A stretch of 64,000 nt of DNA from an uncultured Treponemataceae bacterium (GTDB lineage Bacteria; Spirochaetota; Spirochaetia; Treponematales; Rectinemataceae): positions 5,445-69,444 of the forward strand of contig CAZBGA010000006.1 of assembly GCA_964491385.1 (NCBI GenBank), given 5' to 3'. Of the stretch, positions 9,024 to 17,070 are shown in pieces (the first letter of the stretch is position 1; each line of letters begins with the position of its first letter). The position numbers and the translations under genes were made by a program. The notes beneath the pieces are model-generated. The model ran no database searches, was not told where the DNA came from, and saw only the letters and a program-made list of their open reading frames with translations.

Positions 9024-10268
9024 CTAAAGGTAGGCGACTTCGCCGATCTCGATCAGGTCGAGTCCTTCGACCTCCTCCTTCTCGCTGACGTGGACGCGCG
9101 TGATCTTATTGATCACCCAGAGCATGAGGAGGGTGAAGAGGAAGCCGTAGGCGGCCACCCCGACGTCCGAGACGAGCTGCTTGAAGAAGAAGTCGGCGTG
9201 ACCGTCGATGAGGCCCGATGCGAGGGTCGAAGGGTCATGGCCGGGGAAAGTCACGGCCGCAGTGCCGAGCACGCCGAGGAGAACGGTCCCGAGGAAGCCT
9301 CCGACGCCATGGACGCCGAATACGTCGAGGGCGTCGTCGAGACCCGCCTTATTCTTGATCATGACGGCGATGTAGCTCGCGACCGCCGCCAGGACCCCGA
9401 TGAGGACCGCGGAGGCCGGAGTGACGAAGCCCGCGCAGGGGGTTACGCAGGCGAGGCCGGTTACCATGCCGGTCAGGAAGCCCGAGAATTTCGGCTTTCT
9501 CTTGAAGACCCAGTCGAGGAGGAGCCAGGTCGGGCCGGCGAAGGAGGCGGCGAGGTCGGTGTTTATGAACGCGGATGTGGTGATAGGATCCACCGCGAAC
9601 TCGCTGCCTGCGTTGAAGCCGTACCACCCGAACCAGAGGATGGCCGTGCCGAGCGCGACGAAAGGCAGGTTGTGCATTCCTTTGTCGTCGATCTTGCGCT
9701 TGCCCACGAAAAGAACGGAGGCGAAGGCCGCGAAGCCGGCCGAGACATGGACGACCATGCCGCCGGCGAAGTCCTTGACTCCCCAGGTCGCCAGGAGGCC
9801 GCCGCCCCAGATGAGGTGGACGAGGGGAAAGTACACGAAAGTGAGCCACGCGACCAGGAAGATGAGGTATGCCGGGAATCGGACGCGGTTGGCGAAGGCT
9901 CCGGTGATGAGGGCCGGCGTAATGATGGCGAACATCATCTGATAGGCGAACTGCACGAACAGGGGTACGTGCGGATTCATCGGACTCGGATCCATGAGGT
10001 TGACGCCCATCAGGAAGGACTGCCTGAAATTGCCGATGATGCCGAGTATGTCTCCATGGCCGTAGCTGCCGGAAAAGCACATCGAGTAGCCGTAAAGGAA
10101 CCAGATCACCGTCGTAATGCAGAGCGAGGCGAAGCTTTGGAACATTATAGTCAAGACGTTCTTTCGACCGACGAGTCCTCCGTAGAAGAAGGCGAGGCCC
10201 GGCGTCATGAACATGACGAGGGTCGCCGCTATCAGCATGAAACCGGTGCTTGCGAGATCGAACTGCAT
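9024..10268 (-). CDS. amt: ammonium transporter (Amt family)
   Basis: MQFDLASTGFMLIAATLVMFMTPGLAFFYGGLV... and AGGMVVHVSAGFAAF, GFLGTVLLGV are typical Amt motifs. I place the start at the internal ATG 10268, preceded by GGAGAAATGCCAC. The 150-aa upstream extension of ORF 9024..10718 is Arg/Ser-rich nonsense. Confidence 0.9.
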   Translation of the reverse strand: MQFDLASTGFMLIAATLVMFMTPGLAFFYGGLVGRKNVLTIMFQSFASLCITTVIWFLYGYSMCFSGSYGHGDILGIIGNFRQSFLMGVNLMDPSPMNPHVPLFVQFAYQMMFAIITPALITGAFANRVRFPAYLIFLVAWLTFVYFPLVHLIWGGGLLATWGVKDFAGGMVVHVSAGFAAFASVLFVGKRKIDDKGMHNLPFVALGTAILWFGWYGFNAGSEFAVDPITTSAFINTDLAASFAGPTWLLLDWVFKRKPKFSGFLTGMVTGLACVTPCAGFVTPASAVLIGVLAAVASYIAVMIKNKAGLDDALDVFGVHGVGGFLGTVLLGVLGTAAVTFPGHDPSTLASGLIDGHADFFFKQLVSDVGVAAYGFLFTLLMLWVINKITRVHVSEKEEVEGLDLIEIGEVAYL

Positions 10269-10372
10269 GTGGCATTTCTCCTTTTCCCTGCGACCGCGGC
10301 CGGAGTATCGCCCGTTCGCGGTCGGCGCGTCCATCCGCGCCGTCGCTCCTCGGGGGAGCGGTGGATGAACGC

Positions 10373-10900
10373 CTAATTCCGCTCGTGATTGGGTAGAGGC
10401 GGAGCGGAAGGAGGAGGAGCGCGAGGAGCGAGGCCCCCTCGCCTGCGTCGCCGACGGAATGGCCTGCGTCGCCGTCCGCTCGCGCCGGAGGCGGGCGATC
10501 CTGGAGCGAAGCTTCCGTTGAATACTGGCGCCGCGGAATCCGCGACCTGAAATCCGGCCGGGCAGCATGCTTGAAGCCGGGCCGGCCCGGATGGACTCTG
10601 ATCCCCGGCCGCGATGCAGGGCGAAGACTGAGAGATCGCCGTAATCGCCGCCTGGAGAGCCCTGAGGAATTGCGCCATGTCGAATTCGCTGAACAGGGAG
10701 GGGATGAAACCCGCGCAAAGGAGCATGAACAGGAAGATGGGACCTGCTCCGTCGATACGCTTTCTCTTCCGACCGCAGTAAGCGTCGGACGATCCGCAGG
10801 GTTTGAAGGGATCGGCGACGCCGACGACGATGCGCTCGGCGCAGGGAGGAATGAGCTTCGGTTCAGCGTCTAGGGCTCGGAATTCCTCGGGAGGACCCAT
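10373..10900 (-). CDS. doubtful hypothetical ORF (one hydrophobic segment); only the central part looks coding
   Basis: Third-position G+C is about 85% in a hand-counted sample (10681-10740) but drops to about 45% near the 3' end (10381-10440), where the product becomes RRRRPFRRRRRRGG low complexity. No recognisable family. Confidence 0.2.
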   Translation of the reverse strand: MGPPEEFRALDAEPKLIPPCAERIVVGVADPFKPCGSSDAYCGRKRKRIDGAGPIFLFMLLCAGFIPSLFSEFDMAQFLRALQAAITAISQSSPCIAAGDQSPSGPARLQACCPAGFQVADSAAPVFNGSFAPGSPASGASGRRRRPFRRRRRRGGLAPRAPPPSAPPLPNHERN

Positions 10901-10960
10901 TGCGGGAAACGATAAACCCGTTGGGCCGTTCTGTCCATCGAGAATATCCGGCCCTTGCCC

Positions 10961-11170
10961 CTAGTCCACCGCGACCATGACACTCGAGGCCTTGATTACC
11001 GCGTAGGCTTCCTTGCCGACGGCGAGGCCGAGCTTCGAGACCGAAGTCTTGGTTATCACCGAAACTATTTCGACGCCGCCGGGGAGCTCTATCACTACTT
11101 CGTCGTTGACCGACCCCTGAACCACGCTTTTAATCTTGCCTTTTAGCACGTTCCTCGCGCTCAATCTCAT
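10961..11170 (-). CDS. mop: molybdenum-pterin-binding (Mop / single TOBE domain) protein, 69 aa
   Basis: MRLSARNVLKGKIKSVVQGSVNDEVVIELPGGVEIVSVITKTSVSKLGLAVGKEAYAVIKASSVMVAVD is a textbook Mop/TOBE sequence. ATG at 11170 is preceded by GGAGGGAAGCCCG. The longer ORF to 11386 is not needed. Confidence 0.85.
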   Translation of the reverse strand: MRLSARNVLKGKIKSVVQGSVNDEVVIELPGGVEIVSVITKTSVSKLGLAVGKEAYAVIKASSVMVAVD

Positions 11171-11253
11171 CGGGCTTCCCTCCGCTTTAGATCGATAAAT
11201 CGAATTTAAAGCCGCCAAGCCTGATGTCATAGGTCTATGGGCTCGAGAATCGA

Positions 11254-11265
11254 TCGTCCGGACGA
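11254..11265. promoter_or_regulatory. 12-bp perfect palindrome TCGTCCGGACGA flanked by ATCGAT repeats in the mop / fur-like intergenic region
   Basis: Read directly from the sequence. Function unknown. Confidence 0.3.
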
Positions 11266-11281
11266 ATATCGATGTCGGGTC

Positions 11282-11306
11282 AATAATGCAATTCAGTTGC
11301 ATTATT
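11282..11306. promoter_or_regulatory. perfect 10-5-10 inverted repeat AATAATGCAA-ttcag-TTGCATTATT (candidate Fur-family operator)
   Basis: Read directly from the sequence. AT-rich with ATAAT/ATTAT half-sites, as in Fur-family boxes. Its right arm contains the TTGCAT -35 element of the fur-like gene. Confidence 0.5.
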
Positions 11307-11325
11307 CGAAGAGCGATGCTATAAG
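11297..11325 (+). promoter_or_regulatory. promoter TTGCAT-17 nt-TATAAG for the fur-like/modABC operon (possibly leaderless)
   Basis: -35 at 11297-11302 and -10 at 11320-11325. The ATG at 11332 lies exactly 6 nt after the -10, and there is no convincing Shine-Dalgarno. Confidence 0.45.
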
Positions 11326-11331
11326 GGCACC

Positions 11332-11796
11332 ATGGAATCCGGTTCGGATGCCTCGACCATGCTGGAGGATTCCGGATTGCGGCCAACCGAAGTCAGGCGC
11401 CGCGTCCTGTCCTCGCTCCTGGGGGCGGCCTGCGCGCTGTCCCACCGCGAGATTGTCGATCTGCTCGCGGGCCTCGACCGGGTGACCGTCTATCGCAACC
11501 TCAAGCTCCTGAAAGAGGCCGGCCTCGTTCATGGCGTCCATGGTATCGACGGCAGCCTGCGCTATATCGTCAACCCGGCCGGCAGAAAGGGATGTCCGGG
11601 CGGCCATCCACATTTCCTATGCCTGGAATGCGGCACCATGTCCTGCCTCGTCGGCCAGGAGCTGCCGCGAGTGTCGGTTCCCAGGAGCGCCGAGGTCAGA
11701 GGCAAGCAATTCCTTGCATACGGGCTTTGCGCTGCCTGCGCGCGATCGAAGCGAGTACATCCCGCCCGGCCTCCTCGCCGCGGCGCTACCGGATAA
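11332..11796 (+). CDS. Fur-family transcriptional regulator
   Basis: LRPTEVRRRVLSSLL...HREIVDLL...DRVTVYRNLKLLKEAGLVHGV (winged helix), GHPHFLCLECG plus CAAC (HxH and two CxxC motifs). The stop lies 20 nt before modA. Confidence 0.8.
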   Translation: MESGSDASTMLEDSGLRPTEVRRRVLSSLLGAACALSHREIVDLLAGLDRVTVYRNLKLLKEAGLVHGVHGIDGSLRYIVNPAGRKGCPGGHPHFLCLECGTMSCLVGQELPRVSVPRSAEVRGKQFLAYGLCAACARSKRVHPARPPRRGATG

Positions 11797-11816
11797 TCAA
11801 TCCCTTGGAGGTCAAT

Positions 11817-12578
11817 GTGCGGAAAGCGACTGCCACCTGTCTCGGTCTAATCCTCTGCCTTTCGGCCATCGCGGCGCAGGAGAAGGTCTCCATAGCGGCC
11901 GCCGCGAATATAAGCTCGGTAGCCCCCGCGTTGAGCGAATCCTTCGCCAAGAAGTACCCGGCATATCGAGCCGAGTTCACCTTCGGCGCGTCCGGCGCGC
12001 TCGTTACCCAACTCATGAACGGAGCGCCCTTCCAGGTCTTCCTATCCGCCGACACCTCCTTCCCGCAGAAGCTCGTGGATGCCGGCGAGACGGAGGGGCC
12101 GGTAAAGGTATACGCCGTCGGCGCGCTGATATTCCTGACGACGAAGAAACTGGACCTGTCCAAGGGCCTCGCCGTTCTGGCCGATCCCTCGGTGGCTCAG
12201 TTCGCGAACTGCAATCCCGAAACAGCCCCTTACGGAAGGGCGGCGCAGGAAGCTCTCCGTAAAGCCGGCCTGTTCGACGAAGTAAAGTCCAAACTCGTCC
12301 TGGCCCAGACCGTCACGCAGGCACTTCAATTCACGCTGACCAGCGCCGATGCGGGCTTCGTCAACAAATCGGCCCTCTATTCCAAGGAGGTGAGGCCCTA
12401 CGACAAGGAAGGGGAGTACTGGTTCGCCGTCGATCCCTCCCTATATTCTCCGATCGAGCAGGGCTTCGTGGTGATGAAGGGTAGCGGAGCGGATCCCGCG
12501 GTCTCGGCCTTCGCGCGGTTCCTTACCTCGCCCGAGGCTCTAGCCGTCTTCGCCTCATTCGGATACGGAAGCCCGTGA
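11817..12578 (+). CDS. modA: molybdate ABC transporter substrate-binding protein
   Basis: GTG start 5 nt after GGAGG, signal-like VRKATATCLGLILCLSAIAAQE. ModA-like ...SIAAAANISSVAPALSESFAKKYP...FTFGASGALVTQLMNGAPFQVFLSAD... Confidence 0.85.
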   Translation: MRKATATCLGLILCLSAIAAQEKVSIAAAANISSVAPALSESFAKKYPAYRAEFTFGASGALVTQLMNGAPFQVFLSADTSFPQKLVDAGETEGPVKVYAVGALIFLTTKKLDLSKGLAVLADPSVAQFANCNPETAPYGRAAQEALRKAGLFDEVKSKLVLAQTVTQALQFTLTSADAGFVNKSALYSKEVRPYDKEGEYWFAVDPSLYSPIEQGFVVMKGSGADPAVSAFARFLTSPEALAVFASFGYGSP

Positions 12579-13243
12579 GCTTCGATCCGGTACCGTTTCG
12601 GGTTTCGTTCCAGCTCGGGATCTGGGTTACGAGTCTTCTCCTTATCCTGTGCTTCCCGCTCGCATGGGTGTTCGCGAGATCGCGGAGGCGCTGGGTAGTT
12701 TGGATCGAGTCGGTCACGACATTGCCTCTCGTCCTTTCCCCGACGGTCCTCGGCTTCTACCTTCTTATCCTCCTCTCCCCACGAGGGCCGGTGGGAAGCT
12801 TCTTCCTGTCGGTCTTCCATGTTCGCCTGGCCTTCAGCTTCCCTGGCATCGTGATCGCCGGCTGCCTGGCATCCCTGCCCTTCATGCTGTCGGCGCTAAG
12901 GACCGGCATCCTATCGGTGCCGAGTCAGCTCCTCGACGCGTCGTATACCCTCGGCAAAGGAAGGATCGAGACGATATTCCGCGTCGTGGTGCCGAACATG
13001 AAGTCGGGAATCATGGCAGGCATCATAAACACATTCGCGCACACTCTAGGCGAATTCGGAGTCGTCCTCATGATAGGGGGGAGCATACCAGGCGTCACCA
13101 AGGTCGTATCGATCGCCATCTACGAACGAGTGGAGAGCCTCAATTTCGGGGATGCGCACGTCTACGCGGGGATACTCATAGTCATCAGCTACGGCGGCGT
13201 ACTCCTCCTCAACCGGCTCCAGCGCCGAGAGGCGAAGCGCTGA
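12575..13243 (+). CDS. modB: molybdate ABC transporter permease
   Basis: GTGA start/stop overlap with modA. Six hydrophobic segments and the ABC permease EAA-like loop ASYTLGKGRIETIFRVVVPN. Confidence 0.85.
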   Translation: MSFDPVPFRVSFQLGIWVTSLLLILCFPLAWVFARSRRRWVVWIESVTTLPLVLSPTVLGFYLLILLSPRGPVGSFFLSVFHVRLAFSFPGIVIAGCLASLPFMLSALRTGILSVPSQLLDASYTLGKGRIETIFRVVVPNMKSGIMAGIINTFAHTLGEFGVVLMIGGSIPGVTKVVSIAIYERVESLNFGDAHVYAGILIVISYGGVLLLNRLQRREAKR

Positions 13244-13245
13244 GC

Positions 13246-13878
13246 ATGCTCCGTTTCGATCTCAGGATCCATCTGCGCGCGGGAGACCACGACTTCCGAT
13301 TGGACGCGGCCCACAGTCTCGCCGAGGGAGGCCTCCTCGGGATCCGAGGTGCCTCGGGCAGCGGCAAGACCAGCCTTCTTCGATGCCTCGCGGGGCTGTA
13401 CCATCCCGATTCCGGCTGCGTCCAAATGGGCGAAGAGACCTGGTACGATTCGCGGCAAGGAGTCTTTTTCCCCCCCCAACGGAGATCTATCGGGCTCGTG
13501 TTCCAGGATTACGCGCTGTTTCCGCATATGACCGTCTACGGCAACATACAATATGCCACGGGCGACCACGGACGGACCGAGGAACTCCTCGAGCTTACGC
13601 GCCTCACGACGATCGCCCGGCATTTTCCGCGCGAGCTCTCCGGAGGGCAGAAGCAACGGACGGCCCTCGCGCGGGCCCTGGGCAGGCGCCCCAGGCTTCT
13701 TCTCCTCGACGAGCCGCTCTCGGCCCTCGACGAGGACCTTCGGTATTCCTTGGGCGAAGAGCTCCTCCGAATACGGGCGGAATCGGGAGTCACTGCCATT
13801 CTCGTAAGCCATTCGCGCGATGAGATCTCCCGACTCTGCACGGAGGTCATCGAGCTCGCGGATGGGCGGGTATCCTGA
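13246..13878 (+). CDS. modC: molybdate ABC transporter ATP-binding protein, short form without a C-terminal TOBE domain
   Basis: ATG 2 nt after the modB stop. Walker A GASGSGKTS, signature LSGGQKQR, Walker B LLLLDEP, H-loop VSHS. Only 210 aa, so the regulatory TOBE domain of E. coli-type ModC is absent. Confidence 0.85.
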   Translation: MLRFDLRIHLRAGDHDFRLDAAHSLAEGGLLGIRGASGSGKTSLLRCLAGLYHPDSGCVQMGEETWYDSRQGVFFPPQRRSIGLVFQDYALFPHMTVYGNIQYATGDHGRTEELLELTRLTTIARHFPRELSGGQKQRTALARALGRRPRLLLLDEPLSALDEDLRYSLGEELLRIRAESGVTAILVSHSRDEISRLCTEVIELADGRVS

Positions 13879-14140
13879 CCGACCCGACTTATCCCTGATA
13901 TTTAGATTCATCCGGCCTCGCTGGCTCCGTCGGCGGGGCCTGAGCTGATTGTGCTAGCGGCAGTTTCCTGGTATAGAGTTAGTAGGGCTGCCATGCCGCG
14001 CCATCTTCTGGCTTTTATCGATGGAATCGCGCTCGTTGGGAAAAGCACCAATATCGGCAGTCTTGGACCTTGAATCGCTCGGACCTTGCCGAGTCCGAGC
14101 GGGGCCTGCGCAGGGCAGACCGAGGAGACTGGAACCTAAG

Positions 14141-14890
14141 ATGGCCGATCCCAATCTCGTAGTCCGTTCCAGGTCGGTTTCCGATCAGGCCGCGGATATT
14201 ATCAGAGAGCGTATCGTACAAGGCGTCTACGGCCCGGAACGACGGATGCCCTCCGAAGCCCAGCTCGCCGATGAGCTGCATATAAGCCGAAGCTCGCTAC
14301 GTACGGCTCTGGCCAGCCTCGCCGCCGAAGGATACATTCGTCGGCATCATGGCGATGGAACATACGCTTGCCCATGGAACTTCCATCTCACTCTCCGTTC
14401 CGGGAAGCAATGGGATATCGAGCGTCAAATCCTGCAAAGCGGCCGTCAGCCTTCTCTCCGCATCCTGGAAATGAGACTACGGCCAGCCCGGTCAGGGGAG
14501 GCCAGGCATCTGGCGATCCAAAAGGGAGAATCCTTGTTGGCGATACGCCGCCTAGTGCTCGCCGACGAGATGCCGATCGGAGCGATTACGAGTTTGATCG
14601 AGGGACGAGGTCTCGCCGCCGACATCCCGGTTTCCGAAGGCAGTCTCCCCCCGCAGGAATTCCTGAAGCTCTACCACAAAAGCAAGCCCAGCGAGGGAAC
14701 GATCCGCTTTTTCGCCGCCCTGGCGGAAGCGGCGGTCGCGAAGCTATTGGAAATCGATCTAGGAGACGCCATCCTATGCATGGAAGGGATCTACTACGAT
14801 AGTTTCCAGAAACCCTTACTCTATACGCATGAAGTATATCGAAGCGGACAGGGATTCGAATTCCAGACCGAATTCCCCCATTCCAGATAA
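14141..14890 (+). CDS. GntR-family (HutC/UTRA-type) transcriptional regulator
   Basis: VSDQAADIIRERIVQGVYGPERRMPSEAQLADELHISRSSLRTALASLAAEGYIRRHHGDGTYA is a GntR wHTH. The ~170-aa C-terminal effector domain has UTRA-like length. I use the internal ATG at 14141. Confidence 0.8.
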   Translation: MADPNLVVRSRSVSDQAADIIRERIVQGVYGPERRMPSEAQLADELHISRSSLRTALASLAAEGYIRRHHGDGTYACPWNFHLTLRSGKQWDIERQILQSGRQPSLRILEMRLRPARSGEARHLAIQKGESLLAIRRLVLADEMPIGAITSLIEGRGLAADIPVSEGSLPPQEFLKLYHKSKPSEGTIRFFAALAEAAVAKLLEIDLGDAILCMEGIYYDSFQKPLLYTHEVYRSGQGFEFQTEFPHSR

Positions 14891-14904
14891 AATCGACTTT
14901 TCTG

Positions 14905-14933
14905 TTGACGAACTGGAGTTATAGACCTATAAG
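14905..14933 (+). promoter_or_regulatory. promoter TTGACG-17 nt-TATAAG upstream of the porin-like/XDH operon
   Basis: -35 at 14905-14910 and -10 at 14928-14933, in an AT-richer intergenic region. This leaves a ~170-nt 5' UTR before the ATG at 15109 (RBS AGGAGGGA). Confidence 0.45.
14919..14932. promoter_or_regulatory. palindrome TTATAG-ac-CTATAA overlapping the -10 box (candidate GntR operator)
   Basis: Read directly. It is followed by AGTGGTATGACGACT, which loosely resembles HutC-type GT..AC operators. Confidence 0.35.
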
Positions 14934-15108
14934 TGGTATGACGACTATCTTGTTACTCATTTATGAGATAAATGCATTGGCGTCGTCTATCCATCGCGGC
15001 GAATTGTCCTTTGGATGAGGAGCTGTCGCGAATAGGCGCAGTCCCGACTGCCCGGCTCGACCTGCCCCCGGTATTGCCGGTGGAGCAATAACGAAATAGG
15101 AGGGACTC

Positions 15109-16143
15109 ATGAAAAAGCTCATTCTTTTCCTGGCGGCGCTGTCTCTGCCGGCGCCGGCGGTCCTTTTCGCCGATGGCCTTACCCTGGATGCCGGGCTTAC
15201 GGCCTGGGGCGTCGACGCCGCGGCGGTGAACGATGCGTCGATCTACCCCGCCGTCATTCCGGCCGTCAATTTCGGTTACGGTTTGAAGACGGACGGCTAC
15301 ACCCTCAAGTTCGGTCTCGCCGCGGAAGACGCGCTCATAAACTACTCCGGACTTACCTGGGGAAGCACGGCCTCCAAAGCCAGCCAGTCCGCCGAGTTCA
15401 TCACGGCGGGCAGAGGCGAGCCCTATGCCGAGTTCGCCATGGGCGGGCTCAGCATACATGTCGGGCTTCCCCTTTATTACTTCACGCCCTTCTCCAACCC
15501 AAGCGCGGATCAGAACGGTTTTAGGAATGCGCTCAAATGGATGTACAAGGGCATCGGTCTGCAGTATTACACCACATACGCCGCGGGGACGACGGGAGAC
15601 TTCAATACTGCCAATAACAATATCCTGTTCACGAACTACGACAGGATCGCCTATAAAGTAGCTGTCGGAAACCAGTTCTCGATAGTACCGGCAGTCGAGG
15701 CCGATTTCATCTTCGCTCCGGCCACGGCGTTCGCGGACGTCAAGCCGGTCGTGACCTTCAACTACGGCCCAGCCGCCCTCGATGCCAAGATGAGCTACTA
15801 TGCCATCGCCGAAGGCGAGGGGATCAAAATCGCCATGCCTTCAGGGCCGGCGGTCTACAACACCTATGTCCTCACCATCGATCCTAAGCTGACCCTAGCC
15901 TTCGACAGTCTCGGAATAAAGGGCTTCAAGCTCTTCGCGAGCTCATCCATCCCCATCAAGACGGAATACTACGACAACAAGGGGCTTGTACTCATTCCCG
16001 GTGTCAGTTATAAGCTGGGCGCGCTTTCGCTCGAGGCCGACCTGAAGATGAATTACTTGGACTACGCGAGCGGCGATGGCACGAACTACAAGCAGACCGA
16101 ATATGACCCCTATCTCAAATTCTTCTATTCATTCAGTCTATAG
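15109..16143 (+). CDS. secreted beta-rich protein, probable outer-membrane channel (no family recognised)
   Basis: Signal peptide MKKLILFLAALSLPAPAVLFA/DG. Alternating hydrophobic/polar pattern, Gly/Tyr/Asn-rich, aromatic C-terminus ...YDPYLKFFYSFSL. First gene of the XDH operon. Confidence 0.55.
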   Translation: MKKLILFLAALSLPAPAVLFADGLTLDAGLTAWGVDAAAVNDASIYPAVIPAVNFGYGLKTDGYTLKFGLAAEDALINYSGLTWGSTASKASQSAEFITAGRGEPYAEFAMGGLSIHVGLPLYYFTPFSNPSADQNGFRNALKWMYKGIGLQYYTTYAAGTTGDFNTANNNILFTNYDRIAYKVAVGNQFSIVPAVEADFIFAPATAFADVKPVVTFNYGPAALDAKMSYYAIAEGEGIKIAMPSGPAVYNTYVLTIDPKLTLAFDSLGIKGFKLFASSSIPIKTEYYDNKGLVLIPGVSYKLGALSLEADLKMNYLDYASGDGTNYKQTEYDPYLKFFYSFSL

Positions 16144-16188
16144 TGGTCGTCTTGGGATGGTACGCGAAGTTGCTCGAGGGTAGTCAGG

Positions 16189-17070
16189 ATGTCCGAATTC
16201 GACCTTATAATCGCCAGGGATTTGAGGCACCTGCTCGAGTCCTTGGCGGAGCGACCCGATAGTCGCATCGTAGCCGGAGCGACCGATTTCATCCCGCTAG
16301 TCGGAGCGGGGAAATGGAAACCTCGCCGTGTGATCGACATCACTCGCGTGCAAGAGCTGCATTTTATTCGCCGCATGCCAGGATGGCTTTGCCTCGGGCC
16401 TCTGACAACGCACGACGAGGCGGCCGAATCACCATGCATAAAGCGCATCGCAACTGCCTTGGCGGAAGCCTGCGCTTCGGTAGCCGACCCCCTCATCCGC
16501 GGGAGGGCGACTCTCGGAGGCAACCTCTGTACGGCCTCACCCGCCGCGGACAGCGTTCCCGCTATGCTGGCCCTGGGCGCGGAGCTTCGGCTCGCTAGCC
16601 TCGACGGTGAACGGCGTCTGCCCCTGGAAAAATTCCTGATCGGTCCCGGAAAGACCGCTCTGCTTCCCGGAGAGGTACTCGCGGAGATATGCCTTCCCGT
16701 CTCGCCGGGCCCCGTCGGCTCAGGCTTCTTCAAGCTGGGACGCAGGCGGGCCATGGCCATATCGGTAGCTAACGCGGCGGCTTGGATCCGCGTCGATGCC
16801 GGTACTATCTTCGATATCCGCCTGGCTCTAGGATCCGTGGCACCGACCGTAGTCCGATGCAGGAAGGCTGAAGCCGCATTGCGCGGTCGGAGGGTGATCG
16901 ACATCGAAGCCCGTGCTTCCGAAGACGGGGACTGGCTCGGCGTCGTGCGCGACGATATCTCTCCTATCGACGATGTACGCGCGAGCGGCGCGTACAGAAG
17001 GCGCGTCGCGGCGCCGCTTGTGCAGCGCATGGTGGCGAAAGCCCTCGAAAGAGCTGAGATATATAGATGA
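16189..17070 (+). CDS. FAD-binding (medium, CoxM/XdhB-like) subunit of a xanthine dehydrogenase-family molybdoenzyme
   Basis: IVAGATDFIPLV..., RGRATLGGNLCTASPAADSVPAMLALGAEL, LPGEVLAEICLP are typical of the FAD_binding_5/CO_deh_flav_C fold. Confidence 0.85.
   Translation: MSEFDLIIARDLRHLLESLAERPDSRIVAGATDFIPLVGAGKWKPRRVIDITRVQELHFIRRMPGWLCLGPLTTHDEAAESPCIKRIATALAEACASVADPLIRGRATLGGNLCTASPAADSVPAMLALGAELRLASLDGERRLPLEKFLIGPGKTALLPGEVLAEICLPVSPGPVGSGFFKLGRRRAMAISVANAAAWIRVDAGTIFDIRLALGSVAPTVVRCRKAEAALRGRRVIDIEARASEDGDWLGVVRDDISPIDDVRASGAYRRRVAAPLVQRMVAKALERAEIYR

Noticed and set aside
8367-10376. 669-aa ORF on the plus strand
   Set aside because: It is antisense to the REC-kinase 5' end and to the whole amt gene. 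The composition is low-complexity and acidic/Arg-rich.
9024-10718. 564-aa version of the ammonium transporter
   Set aside because: The first 150 residues are Arg/Ser/Gly-rich with no TM segments. The Amt homology begins at the internal ATG 10268, which has its own GGAG RBS.
11171-11331. Possible Moco riboswitch in the mop / fur-like intergenic region
   Set aside because: The location would fit, but I could not recognise the conserved Moco-motif junction sequences by eye. The region is better explained by divergent promoters plus palindromic operators. A covariance-model scan is needed to settle it.
11592-12578. 328-aa and 409-aa (12649..13878) extended ORFs for modA and modC
   Set aside because: The N-terminal parts overlap the fur-like and modB genes out of frame. 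The internal GTG (11817) and ATG (13246) starts have RBS or stop-start coupling and give normal-length proteins.
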